The notes: generated by a model from the letters alone, not told the origin. Shown: positions 14,881 to 29,252, numbered from the stretch's first letter. The stretch is DNA of 64,000 nt from Octopus vulgaris (GCA_951406725.2 OX597821.1:89838001-89902000); one strand, 5' to 3'. Program-made: numbers and translations.

Positions 14881-17384
14881 ATATATACATGTGTTTTTGT
14901 GCATGTGTATGTGTGTGTGTGTGTGTGTGTGTGCAAAAGCATGTCTGGCCATGCAGAAGTAGATCCTTGTTGGAATCAGGAAGGGCATCTGGTTGTAGGA
15001 AATCTGCCTCCATCTAACCCATTTAAGCATGGAAAAGTGAACCATAAAAAAAATATTTTTAATGAATGCAAACTAGAATAACATCATCCTCTTTTTAAGA
15101 CTAGAGTATGATTTGAGAAACACTTTGCTAGTATTTCTTGCATGTTGAGCTGTCACATACAAGATCCTTTTGTTGTCTTATATGACCAGTATGTCGCATT
15201 TGATGAAATTGTCTCTGGCTCTTATTAACATGATTATCTCAGTTGTATAGCTATAAATGTTTTCTGTTGGAACCAACAGGGATATTTGTTACTAAGGTTT
15301 CAATTATAAAGTTAATGAAATACAAGTAATACAATATGTGTAAATCCAAGCAGAAACAAGTCATCATTATACAATCATGGATATCTTTGATAAAAACGAA
15401 TACTACATTTTATATGGTAGCAGATTCAGGTGAGAAAAGCTACTTTGGTATATTATTGGTGCTTATTTCTACTGATGATTGGTGTGATATAATGTAAACT
15501 CAGACCCCTCTTCTGTCAAGAATTCAAGCTTATATTAAAGATGTACTAATTTAAAAAGCAGTGAAGTATTTAATTATGCTCTCAACTATGTTTGTTTTTC
15601 TAACTTGCTGTCCTGGCTAAAAGATAGATTCTTTACTGTTTGTATTTTCTAGCATGCTGTTCTTGATGGAAAACAATGATTAAATATGGAATTCTTTGAA
15701 GTAGACATATGGTAAAATGTTGTAGAATAGGTTAAAATGCAAAATCCAGTGGAACCTGTAATGATGTCCAGAGGACAATTTGAAGAAGAGTTTGGTAAAT
15801 TTGATTCCCATGAGAAGTGAAGAACCTAGCATCTTGGATATTGTCTCTTGTTTGAAAATGAAGAAGGGAAATTAGGTAAGTAGCATTGTGGTTTGGACTG
15901 GTGGCAAATAAGTGATAAAAGAATTGAAGTTGAAGGATAAATGTGATGATGTGAGGTGGGGGTAAAACCAAAGAGAAGTGGTGCGAGATGTTGAAAAGTC
16001 TAGAAGGGCAGGGGAATGAATGAGGAGGAAGCTTAAATTAGAGAAGGGAAGAAGAGAAAGCCAATGTTACAAGCAACCCTAACTGAAAAGCAGAATAAAA
16101 ATGGTCATATAATCATCATCATTGTTCGACCGTGGTCGAGACAATGGAATTTACCATGCTACGCCAGACTTCACGGTCCATCATGGCATTACGGAGGTCC
16201 TGTTGCCAGATGCCTGTATCCCTGGAGATTACATCAGGGTGGGAGAGTGTGCGCCCTCTGGTATTGCGAGTAGATGGCTTCCAGAGGAGAAGAGTAGAAA
16301 TTACCTCTTTTTCAGGTAATTAATCATATAATAAGTAAAGAGAACAATAGACAAATAGCAACAACACCTAAAAGGCTCCTATAGATTATTCTGATTTAGA
16401 AGAACCAAACTATTTGGGGTTAAGGACCATACACAATCAGATTAATACCCATTTATATATTACTGGTACTTATTGACTTCATCCCAGGAAATTTGAACCC
16501 AAAATCTGAATGCAATGAAATGAAACAATGTAAGAAAAGAATGTTGAAAGTAAACTACATTAGTTTGATTACTTGCTAAATTACACCCAGAATTTCTTCC
16601 CCACTGCTAAGACATACACAAAAAAAAATGACGGGGATTCTTTTAGTGTCAACATTATCAGCTTGTAAAGTTGTCAATGTGTGTGTAATAATTTAATGGT
16701 AAGTATTTGAGTATGCATGTATGCATGTGTATGTGTGTTTTTTATAGTGTGTTGAAGTGCATATTTGAGATATATCTTTATACGTATGTATGTATGCATG
16801 TGTATATGCGAATGTGTTTATATGAATGAAATGTGCAAATGTTCATATGTAGGTATATTTTAAATTTATATATGTATGTAGGTATGCATATATATGTGTG
16901 TAAATGCATAAAAGTATATATGCATCAAATATGCATTTATGTATGTGCATGTATGTATATATTTATGAAGTATGTGGTATGTTTGCATGTATGCATTGCT
17001 ATGCTTATATAAAGGTATATATTTATATATGTGTGAGTGCATTAAGTAATGTGTGCGTGTATACATGTGCTTGTGTGTGTGTGTGTTTGTGTGAATGTAT
17101 GTCGTAAGGACAGTGACATCATTTTTCTTTTCTTACAAGGAAATATAAAAAAAAAATATAATCACAGGAAAAAAATAAACAACAAAAAAAATGTAAAAAG
17201 CAAAGTGAGAAGAATTTAAAGAAAAAAAAAAAGTGATTTAAGTATGGAGAGGTGAGGCTGGAAGGTCGGATGGGCATGGCTGTGAGGGGGGCGGGTTCTG
17301 TGGGAAGAATGGGCAGTGGGAAAGTTTCTGATTGATTCACTAACAAATCACAAATGACATTCCACACATTTTTCAAAAATGAGA

Positions 17385-17419
17385 CAAGGAATAATAATAA
17401 CAACAACAACAACAACAAC

Positions 17420-17451
<32 letters not shown>

Positions 17452-18220
17452 TATTATATAATAATAATAATAATAATAATATTATATAATAATAATAATA
17501 ATAATAATACTATTAATAATAATAAAAATAATAATAATAATAGTAATAATGATGATGGTGATGGTGATGGTGATGATAAAAATAATAAAAATAAAAGGAA
17601 AGAAAAGGAAAAAAAATGAAAAGAATTTGAGTACAGAAAAAAGTGAGAATAGTTGAATCTGATGATGGGTGCCAATACCAATAGCTAAAGGTGCATAGTG
17701 ACAGTATGATGGTGATGGTGATGGTGATGATGACGATGAGGATGGTGACAATGCTGACAATGACAGTAGTGGTGGTGGTGGTAGTGGTGGCGATTATGGT
17801 AATTGCTGTGGTGGTTAGGATTATGGTAAGGGTTTGTGGCAATTGTGTTAATTGTAGTAGTGGTGGTGGTGGTGGTGGTGGTGGTGGTGAGTGTAGTGGA
17901 GGTAATACTAATGATACTGCTGATAGTAATGCTGATGCTGGTGTTGATGGTGAGATGGTAGTGTGATGATGATGATGACGATGATGATGATGATGATGAT
18001 GATAACGACCACGATGAATGAGATGATGGTGATTATGATATTGGCAGTGTGGAGTCGGTGTTGGTGGTGGTGGTAGTTGTGGTGGTGGTGGTGGTGGTGG
18101 TGGCTGATGTTGGTGTTAGCAAGAACAACCTTGATGGTTGTGACAATGATGAGTGGTGATGGTGGTAGTGGTGGTGGTGGTAGTGGTGGTGGTAGTGGTG
18201 GCGGTGGAAGTGGTGGTGCT
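17385..18220. repeat. Compound trinucleotide microsatellite field (AAT/AAC/GAT/GGT)
   Basis: Directly visible runs. Confidence 0.9.
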
Positions 18221-18282
18221 AATTTTGATGGTTATGGCAGATATGGTAGTCTAGTCATGAGTGTAATACTGTTGCCATTGTT

Positions 18283-18342
18283 CAGTTGCCCAAATGACAA
18301 GGATAGGTCCCACAGTTGCCCAAACGACAAGGATAGGTCCCA
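18283..18342 (+). repeat. 30-bp tandem duplication
   Basis: CAGTTGCCCAAA(T/C)GACAAGGATAGGTCCCA twice. Confidence 0.9.
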
Positions 18343-18570
18343 CATATACATCTTATAAAAAGAAAACTATGTCTCCACCAACTTAAGGGCAATACTGTAC
18401 ACTCTAACTTGTCGTAAATAACTGAGTGCAAATATTGCTTGTCTCCTTTCAGTGTCCAGTTGGCTTCAGTTTAGCCATTGATTCAGCTATTGCTTACCCC
18501 AGAGATGACCAAAGTGGATCAGGTCAGGGCACAACAATTGCTGTTTCTTTGCACTTGTTACTATCATTAT

Positions 18571-18690
18571 TAAGGTGGTGAGCTGGCAGAATCATTAGCA
18601 TGCCGAGGAGAATGTTTAGTGGCCCTGTGTCTATCTTTATGTACTGGGTTCAAATTTTGCCAAAGTCAACTTTGACTTTCATCCTGTGGG
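18571..18690 (+). mobile_element. SINE family B, 5' part
   Basis: AAGGTGGTGAGCTGGCAGAA...GGTTCAAAT...GTCAACTTTGACTTTCATCC, matches the 53435 copy. Confidence 0.65.
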
Positions 18691-18751
18691 TGTGGTTTGC
18701 AGACAGTTATAATGTAAAGTGAGCTGTTTCTTTATTCTCTCCAGTTTAGAA

Positions 18752-18986
18752 CAGTGGTACCCAGCCTTTTTGCAGCAGTTCCCAACCTTTTTGCAGCCAT
18801 TCCCAACCTTTTCGCAGAGTTCCCAACTTTTTTATTTAAATGAGTTTTCCCATGGCCCCCTTTTAATATGCTTATCCTATAAATGAAATTTTCAATTTAG
18901 TTCACAGACCCCCCGCCCAGTACTACCTGTGTGGACCCCCCCCCCCCCCCCGCAAGCGTCCGCAGACCCCAGGTTGGGAACCACTG
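18752..18986. mobile_element. hAT-type MITE
   Basis: TIRs CAGTGGT(A/T)CCCA(G/A)CCT; 8-bp TSD GTTTAGAA/GTTTAAAA; left terminal motif reiterated about 4 times. Confidence 0.75.
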
Positions 18987-19407
18987 GTTTAAAATGAAAT
19001 GTAGAATGATTCTGAGATCAGACAGAACTGGCACAGTCCATAATGGAACTAATGTAATATTAGTACACCATTGCTGTTGTTTTATCTGTTTACCAAATAC
19101 TGTAACTGATTGCTCTACTTATATATGCATGTCATTTTAACAATGGCAGCAGCAGCAGCAGGAGTAGTAGAAGTAGTAATTTTTAGTATTTTAGTCTTCT
19201 GTGTGCACTGTTTGTTTATGCTGTTGAATGTGACAGCTCATTGTTATTCACAGTTCTCTAATGTTGCTGGTAAAAATGAAAACAGTGGATTTCGTAGTTG
19301 CTACTTTATATCTGTTGTTAAGGAACCAAGTTACTAAGTTGATTTAAGTAAGAATGGAATGACTGTCTGAAGAATGATGAGGGGAGATGCAAATATATGA
19401 AGCTCTC

Positions 19408-19818
19408 TTACTCTTTACTCTCTCTTTTACTCGTTTCAGTCATTTGACTGCAGCCATGCTGGAGCATTGCCTTTAATCGAGCAACTCGACCGTGGGACTT
19501 ATTCTTTTGTAAGCCCAGTACTTATTCTATCGGTCTCTTTTGCTGAACCGCTAAGTAACGGGGACATAAACACACCAGCATCGGTTGTCAAGCAATGCTA
19601 GGGGGACAAACACAGACACACAAACACACACACGCATATATATATACATATATACGATAGGCTTCTTTCAGTTTCCGTCTACCAAATCCACTCACAAGGC
19701 TTTGGTCGGCCCAAGGCTATAGCAGAAGACACTTGCCCAAGGTGCCACACAGTGGGACTGAACCCGGAACCATGTGGTTGGTAAACAAGCTACTTACCTC
19801 ACAGCCACTCCTGCGCCT
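19408..19818 (-). mobile_element. SINE family A copy
   Basis: Reverse complement of family A. Confidence 0.9.
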
Positions 19819-20450
19819 ATATTTTTCATGGAAGTTTTATGATATTCATGTAAATATAAATTAAAGAAAGCAGGTGAGATGTGGCATGCCATTCAGAAAA
19901 TTGCAGTTCTTTGGATGCATTGTTCTGTCACATGGCATTGGCTTGGCAATATTTGGTGTCTTTTCTCAATGTCATGTTAGGTATTATTTTTGTTTGTCTT
20001 TTTGCAAGTAGGTAGTGGAAAATGGTGTTGAAATCTTTGCTGATGGCTATGATAGTTAAAGTGTTACATGTGGGAAGCTTTGGTTGAGGAAGCCATGTAT
20101 GGTTTTGAATTTTGTTGTAGTTTATTGAAAAAAATGTGTGGACTTGTAAATGATAAAGATTAGCCTTTCTAGAATTTTTGAAGGTGTGCATTGAAAGGTG
20201 GTGAGTTTCAATAATATTAACTCATTTGGATTCAAATTGGATGTTAGAATGTTATAATTTTAACCAGCTCGTACAGTGTGGGTGTTGTAAATATTAGTGA
20301 TTCCCTCAGTGTTTAGTAAATTAGCAAAGTTGTTAGATTGTTGGCTAGAATGCCTTACAGTATTTGTTCTTGCTCCCTGTATTCTAAGTTCAAATTCCAT
20401 CATGGTTTTCATTTATTTGAAGTCAATAAACGATAATAATATTAATAATA

Positions 20451-20507
<57 letters not shown>

Positions 20508-21029
20508 GTGGAAGTTTTATCATTTACATTGTTTTGTCTTGGTATAAAAGATGGGCTACAGCAAATATTCTGCTCAATGCCACAGATTTGCTTGTCAGTT
20601 GTTTGACCGTAGCCAGTTGACCATGTCACTTAGTGGCTGACGATATGTGCATCTCTGATCACAAGTAGAAGTAGTGGGGGAGCATCATAGCTATGTGTTG
20701 AGAGGGATTCTTTGGGGTTTGAATAATTCACCTCTGGAAACATGGGTGTTTCATTCAACATCCTTAAACAACCCTTATTCAGGGACCTTTTGAGCGCGAT
20801 GGGTTATTCAACCAGAAGAAAATTCTAACTGGGCTCCACCTGCAAGGTCATGTGCTGTTTATCTTGATTATGAGATCACCATGTCGCACACATATGGTTG
20901 TAATGCATGTGCCTGGTGTACCCTTATCAGATGGGTACACTGGGCTTTGTATAATTTACCCCAGTGTCACTTTGACGGCATGCACTGCTCTCTCACTCAA
21001 TAATAATAATAATAGTAATCCTTTCTATT

Positions 21030-21233
21030 ATAGGCACAAGGCCTGAAGCTTTATGACAGGGAGGTAAGTCAATTACATCGACCCCAGTGCACAACTGGTA
21101 CTTGTTTCATTGACTCCAAAAGGCTGAAAGACAAAATCAACCATAGCAGAATTTGAACTCAGAACATTGCAATAGGCAAAACACCACTAGGCATTTCCTC
21201 CAACGTGCTAACAATTCTGCCAGCTTGCCATCT
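21030..21233 (-). mobile_element. SINE family B copy
   Basis: ATTACATCGACCCCAGTG...GAATTTGAACTCAGAAC...TTCTGCCAGCT, reverse complement of family B. Confidence 0.75.
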
Positions 21234-21265
21234 TAATAATAATAATGATGATGATGATAGTAATA

Positions 21266-21314
<49 letters not shown>

Positions 21315-21648
21315 CGACAACAATAATAATAATAATGGCTTACCATCCATGCAGAAAGTGCAAAAGATTGTGTTAACTGGTATGTCACATGTATCGGGAA
21401 GAGCATTGTCACTAAATTTTCTTTCCTTTTCCCCCTTTATTTTATTTGTTTACTTTTCTATTTTTTATTTCTCCTTTTTCTCTCTGTTTTCCTCTTTCTC
21501 TCTATGACATGACTCTGTAAATGAAAAAAAATCTGGTGTGGTTGTTTTAATGGCCTACCAGTGTAAACAGTACATTTCTCTGCCCTAGGTGTCAGGAAGA
21601 CACTTGTCAAAAAATGGAAACAGAATTGAAAAAAGAGGTTAATGAAAA

Positions 21649-21737
<89 letters not shown>

Positions 21738-21756
21738 GTAATAATAATAATAATAG

Positions 21757-21872
21757 CACTTTCCATACAATAACCATCAGAGCATCACAACAAATCATAG
21801 CACATACCTAAAGCACACAGAGCTGCGCTTGGTGGTGAAGTGAAAGCACACTATAAGAATAAAACTACTTAA
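21757..21872 (+). mobile_element. Short retroposon 3'-tail fragment embedded in (TAA)n (Dong/R4-like behaviour)
   Basis: Homologous to the reverse complement of 29066-29190; both copies flanked by TAA arrays and ending AAAACTACTTAATAAT. Confidence 0.6.
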
Positions 21873-21966
21873 TAATAATAATAATGATAATAATAATAAT
21901 AATAATATAATCAAAAGAAAGCCATAGACAATATACAGATTTAGCCATCGACAATGGTTAGATATA

Positions 21967-22445
21967 CCGTAAATCCTCGAGTATAATCCACACTTTTTTC
22001 ACAAAATTTAAAGGTCAAAATCCCTAATGCGTACTGTATACGAGGTCAGAAGTGAAAATTATTTTCTAAGCAAAGCTTGAGTTTCTATTTGCTGTCCAGC
22101 AATGTTTATTCAGACACATTTTGTGTTGTCAGGCATGAAAATACCTTAAATCAGCCATAACTTGCAGTTAGCAACATTTATTAAACATTATTACTGTTAT
22201 TTCATTATTTTCTGCAAACAAAATGCACAAAAAAACTATACGTTTGCATTATATTATATATACAATAATTATAAAGGATGTTACCGTATATATTTTTACA
22301 AACCAAGGACGTTATATAGACCTCCTTGACTCAAGTTAGAGAAGGGGAGCGTATTATACTCAAGGTTTATGTTTTCAGGGGTACAGCTCCCTAAAAATCC
22401 CCTGCGTATTATACTCAAGGGCGGACTATACTCGAGGATTTACGG
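21967..22445. mobile_element. Tc1/mariner-pogo-type MITE
   Basis: TIRs CCGTAAATCCTCGAGTATA / TATACTCGAGGATTTACGG, TA target duplication on both sides, subterminal GCGTATTATACTCAAGG repeats. Confidence 0.9.
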
Positions 22446-22600
22446 TAGCTGGAGTGTAACACATAATCTAAAGAAACTGATATCCACAGCCAGAGGCAAC
22501 AGACACATTTATCCTTAGATAATTGATGGCAATAGCTAGAGACAGTGATAGTTATAGTGGTAGGCAACAGAAAGATATAGCCACTGGTAAGAGATAGATA

Positions 22601-23009
22601 TACTCTTACTCTTTTACTTGTTTCAGTCATTTGACTGCGGCCATGCTGGAGCACCGCCTTTAGTCGAGCAAATCGACCCCGGGACTTATTCTTTGTAAGC
22701 CCTGTACTTATTCTATCGGTCCCGTTTGCCAAACCGCTAAGTGACGGGGACGTAAACACACCAGCATCGGTTGTCAAGCAATGCTAGGGGGACAAACACA
22801 GACACACAAACATATACACACACACTTATATATATATACATATATACGACAGGCTTCTTTCAGTTTCCGTCTACCAAATCCACTCACAAGGCATTGGTCG
22901 GCTCAGGGCTATAGCAGAAGACACTTGCCCAAGATGCCATGCAGTGGGACTGAACCCGGAACCATGTGGTTGGTTAGCAAGCTACTTACCACACAGCCAC
23001 TCCTGCGCC
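22601..23009 (-). mobile_element. SINE family A copy
   Basis: Reverse complement of family A. Confidence 0.9.
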
Positions 23010-23368
23010 CATATAGCTACATAAATCTGTTAGACATGGCTACATGTGATATAGATATAACCACAATACACCAGTTAGATATAGCTACATGTAACAGATA
23101 GATACGGTTAAATGCAACAGATAAATATAGCTACATGTTCCAAATGTAGCTATATGGTCACATATAGTGGTCGTTTTATGTACGTTACGGACCCTGTAGA
23201 TCTTAAAGAAGGAACTCCTTACTAGGTAACAATGGAATTAATAGTAAATACATTCTAACTCTCTCTCTCTTTCTGTCTGTCTGTCTGTCTCTCTCTCTCA
23301 ATGGTTGCTCGGTTTGCTAGAAATAGCAACCTAAGAATTCACGGCTATGTTCGAATAAATGGGGTCAT

Positions 23369-23537
23369 AGGTGCAGGAGTGGCTGTGTGGAAAGTAGCTT
23401 GCTAACCAACCAACCACATGGTTCCGGGTTCAGTCCCACTGCGTGGCATCTTGGGCAAGTGTCTTCTGCTATAGCCCCAGGCCGAACAATGCCTTGTGAG
23501 TGGATTGGTAGACAGAAACTGAAAGAAGCCTGTCGTA

Positions 23538-23600
<63 letters not shown>

Positions 23601-23827
23601 ATGTGTTTGTGTGTCTGTGTTTGTCCCCCTAGCATTGCTTGACAACCGATGCTGGTGTGTATACATCTCCGTCACTTAGCGGTTCAGCAAAAGAGACTGA
23701 TAGAATAAGTACTGGGCTTACAAAAAGAATAAGTCCCGGGGTCGATTTGCTCGACTAAAAGGCGGTGCTCCAGCATGGCCGCAGTCAAATGACTGAAACA
23801 AGTAAAAGAGTAAAAGAGTAAAGAGTA
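23369..23827 (+). mobile_element. SINE family A copy
   Basis: Full-length, tail (GTAAAAGA)x3. Confidence 0.9.
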
Positions 23828-24274
23828 CATGACCAGCAAATTTCAATACCGTTGGTGAGATTAATAGCTTAAGATGGTGGGAAATTATTTGGAAAATTTT
23901 ATAGCTACATGTGTTACATGTAGCTATATCTATCTGTTGCATGTAACCGTATCTGCACGCAGATATAGCTACACATTTATAGCCAAAAATACAACAGATT
24001 AGATATAGTCATATGCAATAGATAGACATGACCACATGAATCATATAGATTTAGCTAGAGGAAACAGATAGAGATAGGCACAATGCAAAAGAAAAGTTAC
24101 CAGATGAATATGTTGTAGAGTTTTCCGCAACTTACAGCTCTTTGTTGTAGATATAGAAGCAGCGTTACAAAATTAAATAATTGAAGATTAAGGTTTGATC
24201 AAAGAACAAATTTGAATAATTTTAATCTAATTGTTGATAAATATATAGTGAAATAGAGAGATTACACAATGAGG

Positions 24275-24281
24275 AATAGTA

Positions 24282-24333
<52 letters not shown>

Positions 24334-24362
24334 TAATAATAATAATAATAATAATAATGATA

Positions 24363-24418
<56 letters not shown>

Positions 24419-24440
24419 TGATGACAATAATAATAATAAC

Positions 24441-24504
<64 letters not shown>

Positions 24505-24521
24505 TAACTACAATGACGATT

Positions 24522-24553
<32 letters not shown>

Positions 24554-24575
24554 AGTAGTAACAGCAGCAACAACA
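24275..24575. repeat. (AAT)n/(GAT)n microsatellite
   Basis: Directly visible. Confidence 0.95.
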
Positions 24576-25333
24576 AATATGTGTTGTCTTCTTAGTTTTA
24601 AAAATATACAACTGTTCTCTTTGATCTATCCTAGCTTTATCATTCATTAATTAATTAATTATTTAGCTGTCTAATTTATTGATTGTAATATATATATATA
24701 TATGTGTGTGTTGGGTGTTTATGGGTTTGTGTGTGGGTATATGTACATGTATGAGTATGTACATAGTTGCATGTAAATATATGAATTCATAGATATGTGT
24801 GCATGTGTGTCCACACACACACACATACATGCATATAAATATCATCATCGCCATCATTCTATCATAATTTTAGTTTCATTTACCATGTAGCAGGGATTAA
24901 ATGGATCGCCATGGTGATAATCAGTTCTATGACAAATTATTGCTCTCCCAGATGTATTGAGGGTCATGTCATTTTTGCATGGCTTCTATTTCCAGATGCC
25001 CTTCCTGTCATCAACCACTATTGCTACCAGCATACATTGAGGCAGCACTAAAATATCCCGTATCAGTAGCATTGTATATTGTGATATGTATTGATATATT
25101 GTGAAATTACTATTGTATACAGTATTAATACTGCTATATATCGCTCAGAGATCGAGAGGTCTCCCCAGGTCAAGCTGCTGCTTCGTTGCATAAAGGGGTC
25201 ACAACTCTTGTACTGAGGATATATGGTGAGAGTATCACAGGAGAGAATTGCAAGGTGGATTCTTCAATGGCAGGAGACCTGGTGGTAAACCAAGAGTAAA
25301 ATGGTTGGATGATATCCATAGATATCCATATAT

Positions 25334-25790
25334 AGGTGCAGGAGTAGCTGTGTGGTAAGTAGCTTGCTAACCAACCACATGGTTCCGGGTTCAGTCCCAC
25401 TGTGTGGCATCTTGGGCAAGTGTCTTCTGCTATAGCCCTGGACTGACCAATGCCTTGTGAGTGGATTTGGTAGACGGAAACTGAAAGAAGCCTGTTGTAT
25501 ATATGTGTGTGTATATATATCATCATCGTTTAGTGTCCGTTTTCCATATATATATATATATATATATATATCTGTGTGTATGTGTTTGTGTGTCTGTGTT
25601 TGTCCCCCTAGCATTGCTTGACAACCGATGCTGGTGTGTTTATGTCCCCGTCACTTAACGGTTTGGCAAAAGAGACCAATAGAATAATTACTGGGCTTAC
25701 AAAGAATAAGTCCCGGGGTTGATTTGCTCGACTAAAGACGGTGCTCCAGCATGGCCACAGTCAAATGACTGAAACAAGTAAAAGAAAAAA
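25334..25790 (+). mobile_element. SINE family A copy with a family C tail fragment inside its microsatellite
   Basis: Family A; CATCATCGTTTAGTGTCCGTTTTCCAT at about 25521-25547 is the reverse complement of the family C tail. Confidence 0.85.
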
Positions 25791-26120
25791 AAGAAAAAAG
25801 TCTCTGGTGCTCATGCTTGAGAATCCAGCAGGAAGGTGTAGTGATAGTTGCTTCTCATAGGTCCTTATGGTGAAGGTGCCTGAGGACTCTACAACCATAA
25901 CCCTTCCAGGAGTAGTGGGCAGCAAAGATAGATAGATGAGTGGATTCATTTTGGTATGAGGGCATACAACCAAGTAATTAGAGAGTGGGTCTGACAACTG
26001 TTAGGTCAGTGGTTAAATCCACAGACCAGGTGGCACACTGTATCATTGCAAATAGCACTTAATTTCATACTGGCCTGATCTACATAGCTGAGAAGTTAGC
26101 ACCAACCTAGTGCTGGTTAA

Positions 26121-26321
26121 CCCTTTAGCGTTCAGATTTTTCTATCAAACATAATGCCTATTGATTCCCATTGATTTGAACTAATCATGCATTATCTCAT
26201 ATCTTCAAGATCTTGATGGTGTAACATTGTAGGGTAGGTGTGAGAGCCTGGATCTGGTCAGTTTGAACATAAAACAGATTAGCTATTTTGGCCGGAAATG
26301 GCCGGTTTAAATACTAAAGGG
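26121..26321. mobile_element. piggyBac-type MITE
   Basis: TTAA|CCCTTTAG...CTAAAGGG|TTAA. Confidence 0.85.
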
Positions 26322-26539
26322 TTAAACCTACTCTCCTTTTAGCTGTCACATCCCAGGTATTTTACTGGATCAAGAGTCAAAAGTTCAAGGGAGTGTCTTT
26401 GTCTGCTCAGCACTATTTGTGTGCTGAACCATGAGTGAAAACATGTCATGTGCGACTAAGTCCAATTCACTTGTGAGCGATGGTTGTAGTTAATATACCA
26501 GGATATTAGCATTATATAATACAATATTGATTTTAAATT

Positions 26540-26742
26540 TTGGCACAAGACCAGCAGGCTTGGGAGAAGTGGTAAGTCAATTACATCGACCTCAATGCAT
26601 AACTGTTACTTTATTTTATCGACCTTGGAAGGATGAAAGGCAAATTTGACCTTGGCAGAATTTGAACTCAGAACATAAAGAGGGATGAGATGCCACTAAG
26701 CATTTTGCCCAGTGTACTTACAATTCTGCAGCTTGCAGCCTT
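26540..26742 (-). mobile_element. SINE family B copy
   Basis: Reverse complement of family B (GGATGAAAGGCAAA...GAATTTGAACTCAGAAC). Confidence 0.75.
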
Positions 26743-26749
26743 AAATTAT

Positions 26750-26879
26750 AGACATGGCCATGTGGTAAGAATCTTGCTTCCCCACCATATGCTTCCAGGT
26801 TCAGTCCTACTGCATGGCACCTTGGGCCAACCGAAGCCTTGTGAGTGGATTTGGTAGACAGAAACGGAAAGAAGCCTGT

Positions 26880-26921
<42 letters not shown>

Positions 26922-27165
26922 TAAGTATGTATGTATTCGTGTGCATGTGTGTGTGTGTCTGTGTTTGTCCCCCTCACAATCACTTGACAACTGATGGTGG
27001 TGTGTTTACGTCCCAGCAACTTAGCAGTTCGGCAAAAGAGACCGATAAAACAAGTCCTAGGTTTACAAAGAATAAGACCGGGGTTCAATTCGTCCGACTA
27101 AAGGCGTTGCTCCAGCATGGCCACAGTCAACTGACTGAAACAAATAAAAGAAAGAACAAAAGAAT
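26750..27165 (+). mobile_element. SINE family A, diverged copy with internal deletion
   Basis: Head, microsatellite and tail recognisable. Confidence 0.8.
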
Positions 27166-27579
27166 ACATACATGTTGTAAATAATACTCTTTTTATTATT
27201 GTCATCATTATTTAATATGTGTGGCAATCTCATTATGACCATCACCATTTGTTTTATAACAGTTGTTCATATTCCCTGCCTTGTCATCATCAGCATCGTT
27301 ATCATCGACTACACTAGCTTCATCACTATTCTCTTAACTTGTCATCATCATCCTTATCGTGTTGTCGCTATCTTTGTTATCATCTTTTATCATCAATCTT
27401 TTCTTTTCAGAATAGCAAATTAGCAGAAATGAGATAATTTTGCTGTACACATCTTTCCTTAATGCCTTGAGAAAGGTAAAAAAAAAAAAAATGCTACATC
27501 CTTTGTTTCCACCCTGTTGTTTTTATTTTGTTATATAAATCTGAGGTGTTGCATCTGTGAGAAAAAAAAAAATCCACTC

Positions 27580-27970
27580 CTCTTCCTCCTTCTCCTCCTC
27601 CTCCTCATCATCATCATCATCATCATCAGCATCATCATCACCTCCACCACCACCACCACCACCACCACCATAATCATCATCATCATCATCATCATCATCA
27701 CCCCCCATCATCATCATCATCACCCCCACCATCATCATCATCATCACCCCCACCACCACCATCATCATCATCATCACCCCCACCATCATCATCATTATCA
27801 TCATCATCATTGCCATTGTCATCATAATCATCGCAATCATCATCATAATCATCATCCTTATCATCACATTACCGCCACCACCACCACCACCACCACCACT
27901 ACCACCACCACCACCACCACCACCACCACAACCACCACCACCACCACCACCACCACTACCACCACCACTG
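27580..27970. repeat. (CAT)/(CAC) compound microsatellite
   Basis: Directly visible. Confidence 0.95.
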
Positions 27971-28238
27971 CAACCAGCTATATTTTCTACACATCCTGTT
28001 ATGCATTCTCATACATTGGTTAATCAAATTCCCTGATCTCATTGGTTACTTTCCGTTACTTTGGGCTTTTCTTATAAGAATTCTTCATCTTCATCTGTGG
28101 TTCCTGCTTTACGTTCCTCTCTTTCTATTGATTAAATCCTCTTTTCTTTTGTTTTGTGTTATTTGTTTGCTAGTTTTTTTTTATTAACATATTTATTTTC
28201 TTTCAGCTTGTAAATATTTCATACCAGACCAGATTGTT

Positions 28239-28462
28239 ATACTCTTTTATACTCTTTTACTTGTTTCAGTCATTTGACTGCGGCCATGCTGGAGCACCAC
28301 CTTTAGTCGAGCAAATCGACCCCCGGGACTTATTCTTTTGTAAGCCCAGTACTTATTCTTATCGGTCTCTTTTTGCCGAACCGCTAAGTGACAGGGACGT
28401 AAACACACCAGCATCGGTTGTCAAGCAATGCTAGGGGGACAAACACAGACACACAAACATAT

Positions 28463-28497
<35 letters not shown>

Positions 28498-28670
28498 CAT
28501 ATATACGACAGGCTTCTTTCAGTCTCCGTCTACCAAATCCACTCACAAGGCATTGGTCGGCCCGGGGCTATAGCAGAAGACACTTGCCCAAGATACCATG
28601 CAGTGGGACTGAACCCAGAACCATGTGGTTGGTAAGCAAGCTACTTACCACACAGCCACTCCTGCGCCTA
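28239..28670 (-). mobile_element. SINE family A copy
   Basis: Reverse complement of family A. Confidence 0.9.
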
Positions 28671-29065
28671 TATAATCAATCTTAGAAGATAGTTTCACAC
28701 ACACACATATGCATTTATAGCCTTGTAAAGCGATCTGGCAGAAACATTAAAGTGTTGACGAAAAAGCCTAGTTAAATTTCTCCCAAACCATTCAACTGGG
28801 ATCAAATTTGTATTTCGTTCCTTTGGTGTGATGGGGGGGTGGGGGTGGATCGATAAAATGAAGTACCAGTCAAGTACTGGGGCCCATGTAATTGAGTAGG
28901 CCCAACCCCTGAAATTTATAGCCTTGTACCAAAATTCGAAATGACAACTATTACTATTATTGTTATTATTGTTATTATTACTATTATTATTATTATTATT
29001 ATTATAATCATGCGTGTCAGCCCTTGTGGCCAATAAAAAAGAATTGATTATTATTATTATTATTA

Positions 29066-29190
29066 TTAAGTAGTTTTATTTTTATAGCATGCTTTTACTT
29101 CACTACCGAGCGCAGCTCTGTGTGCCTTGGGTATGTGTTGTGATTTGTTGGGATGCTCTGATGGTTATTGTATTGAAAGTGTTTTGCGTA
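29066..29190 (-). mobile_element. Retroposon 3'-tail fragment in (TTA)n
   Basis: Second copy of the 21757-21872 element. Confidence 0.6.
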
Positions 29191-29217
29191 TTATCATTAT
29201 TATGTTTATTATTATTA

Positions 29218-29252
<35 letters not shown>

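Noticed and set aside
19860-20290. Possible old PLE linker remnant (similar hint at 46850-47340)
   Set aside because: Too degenerate to support by eye
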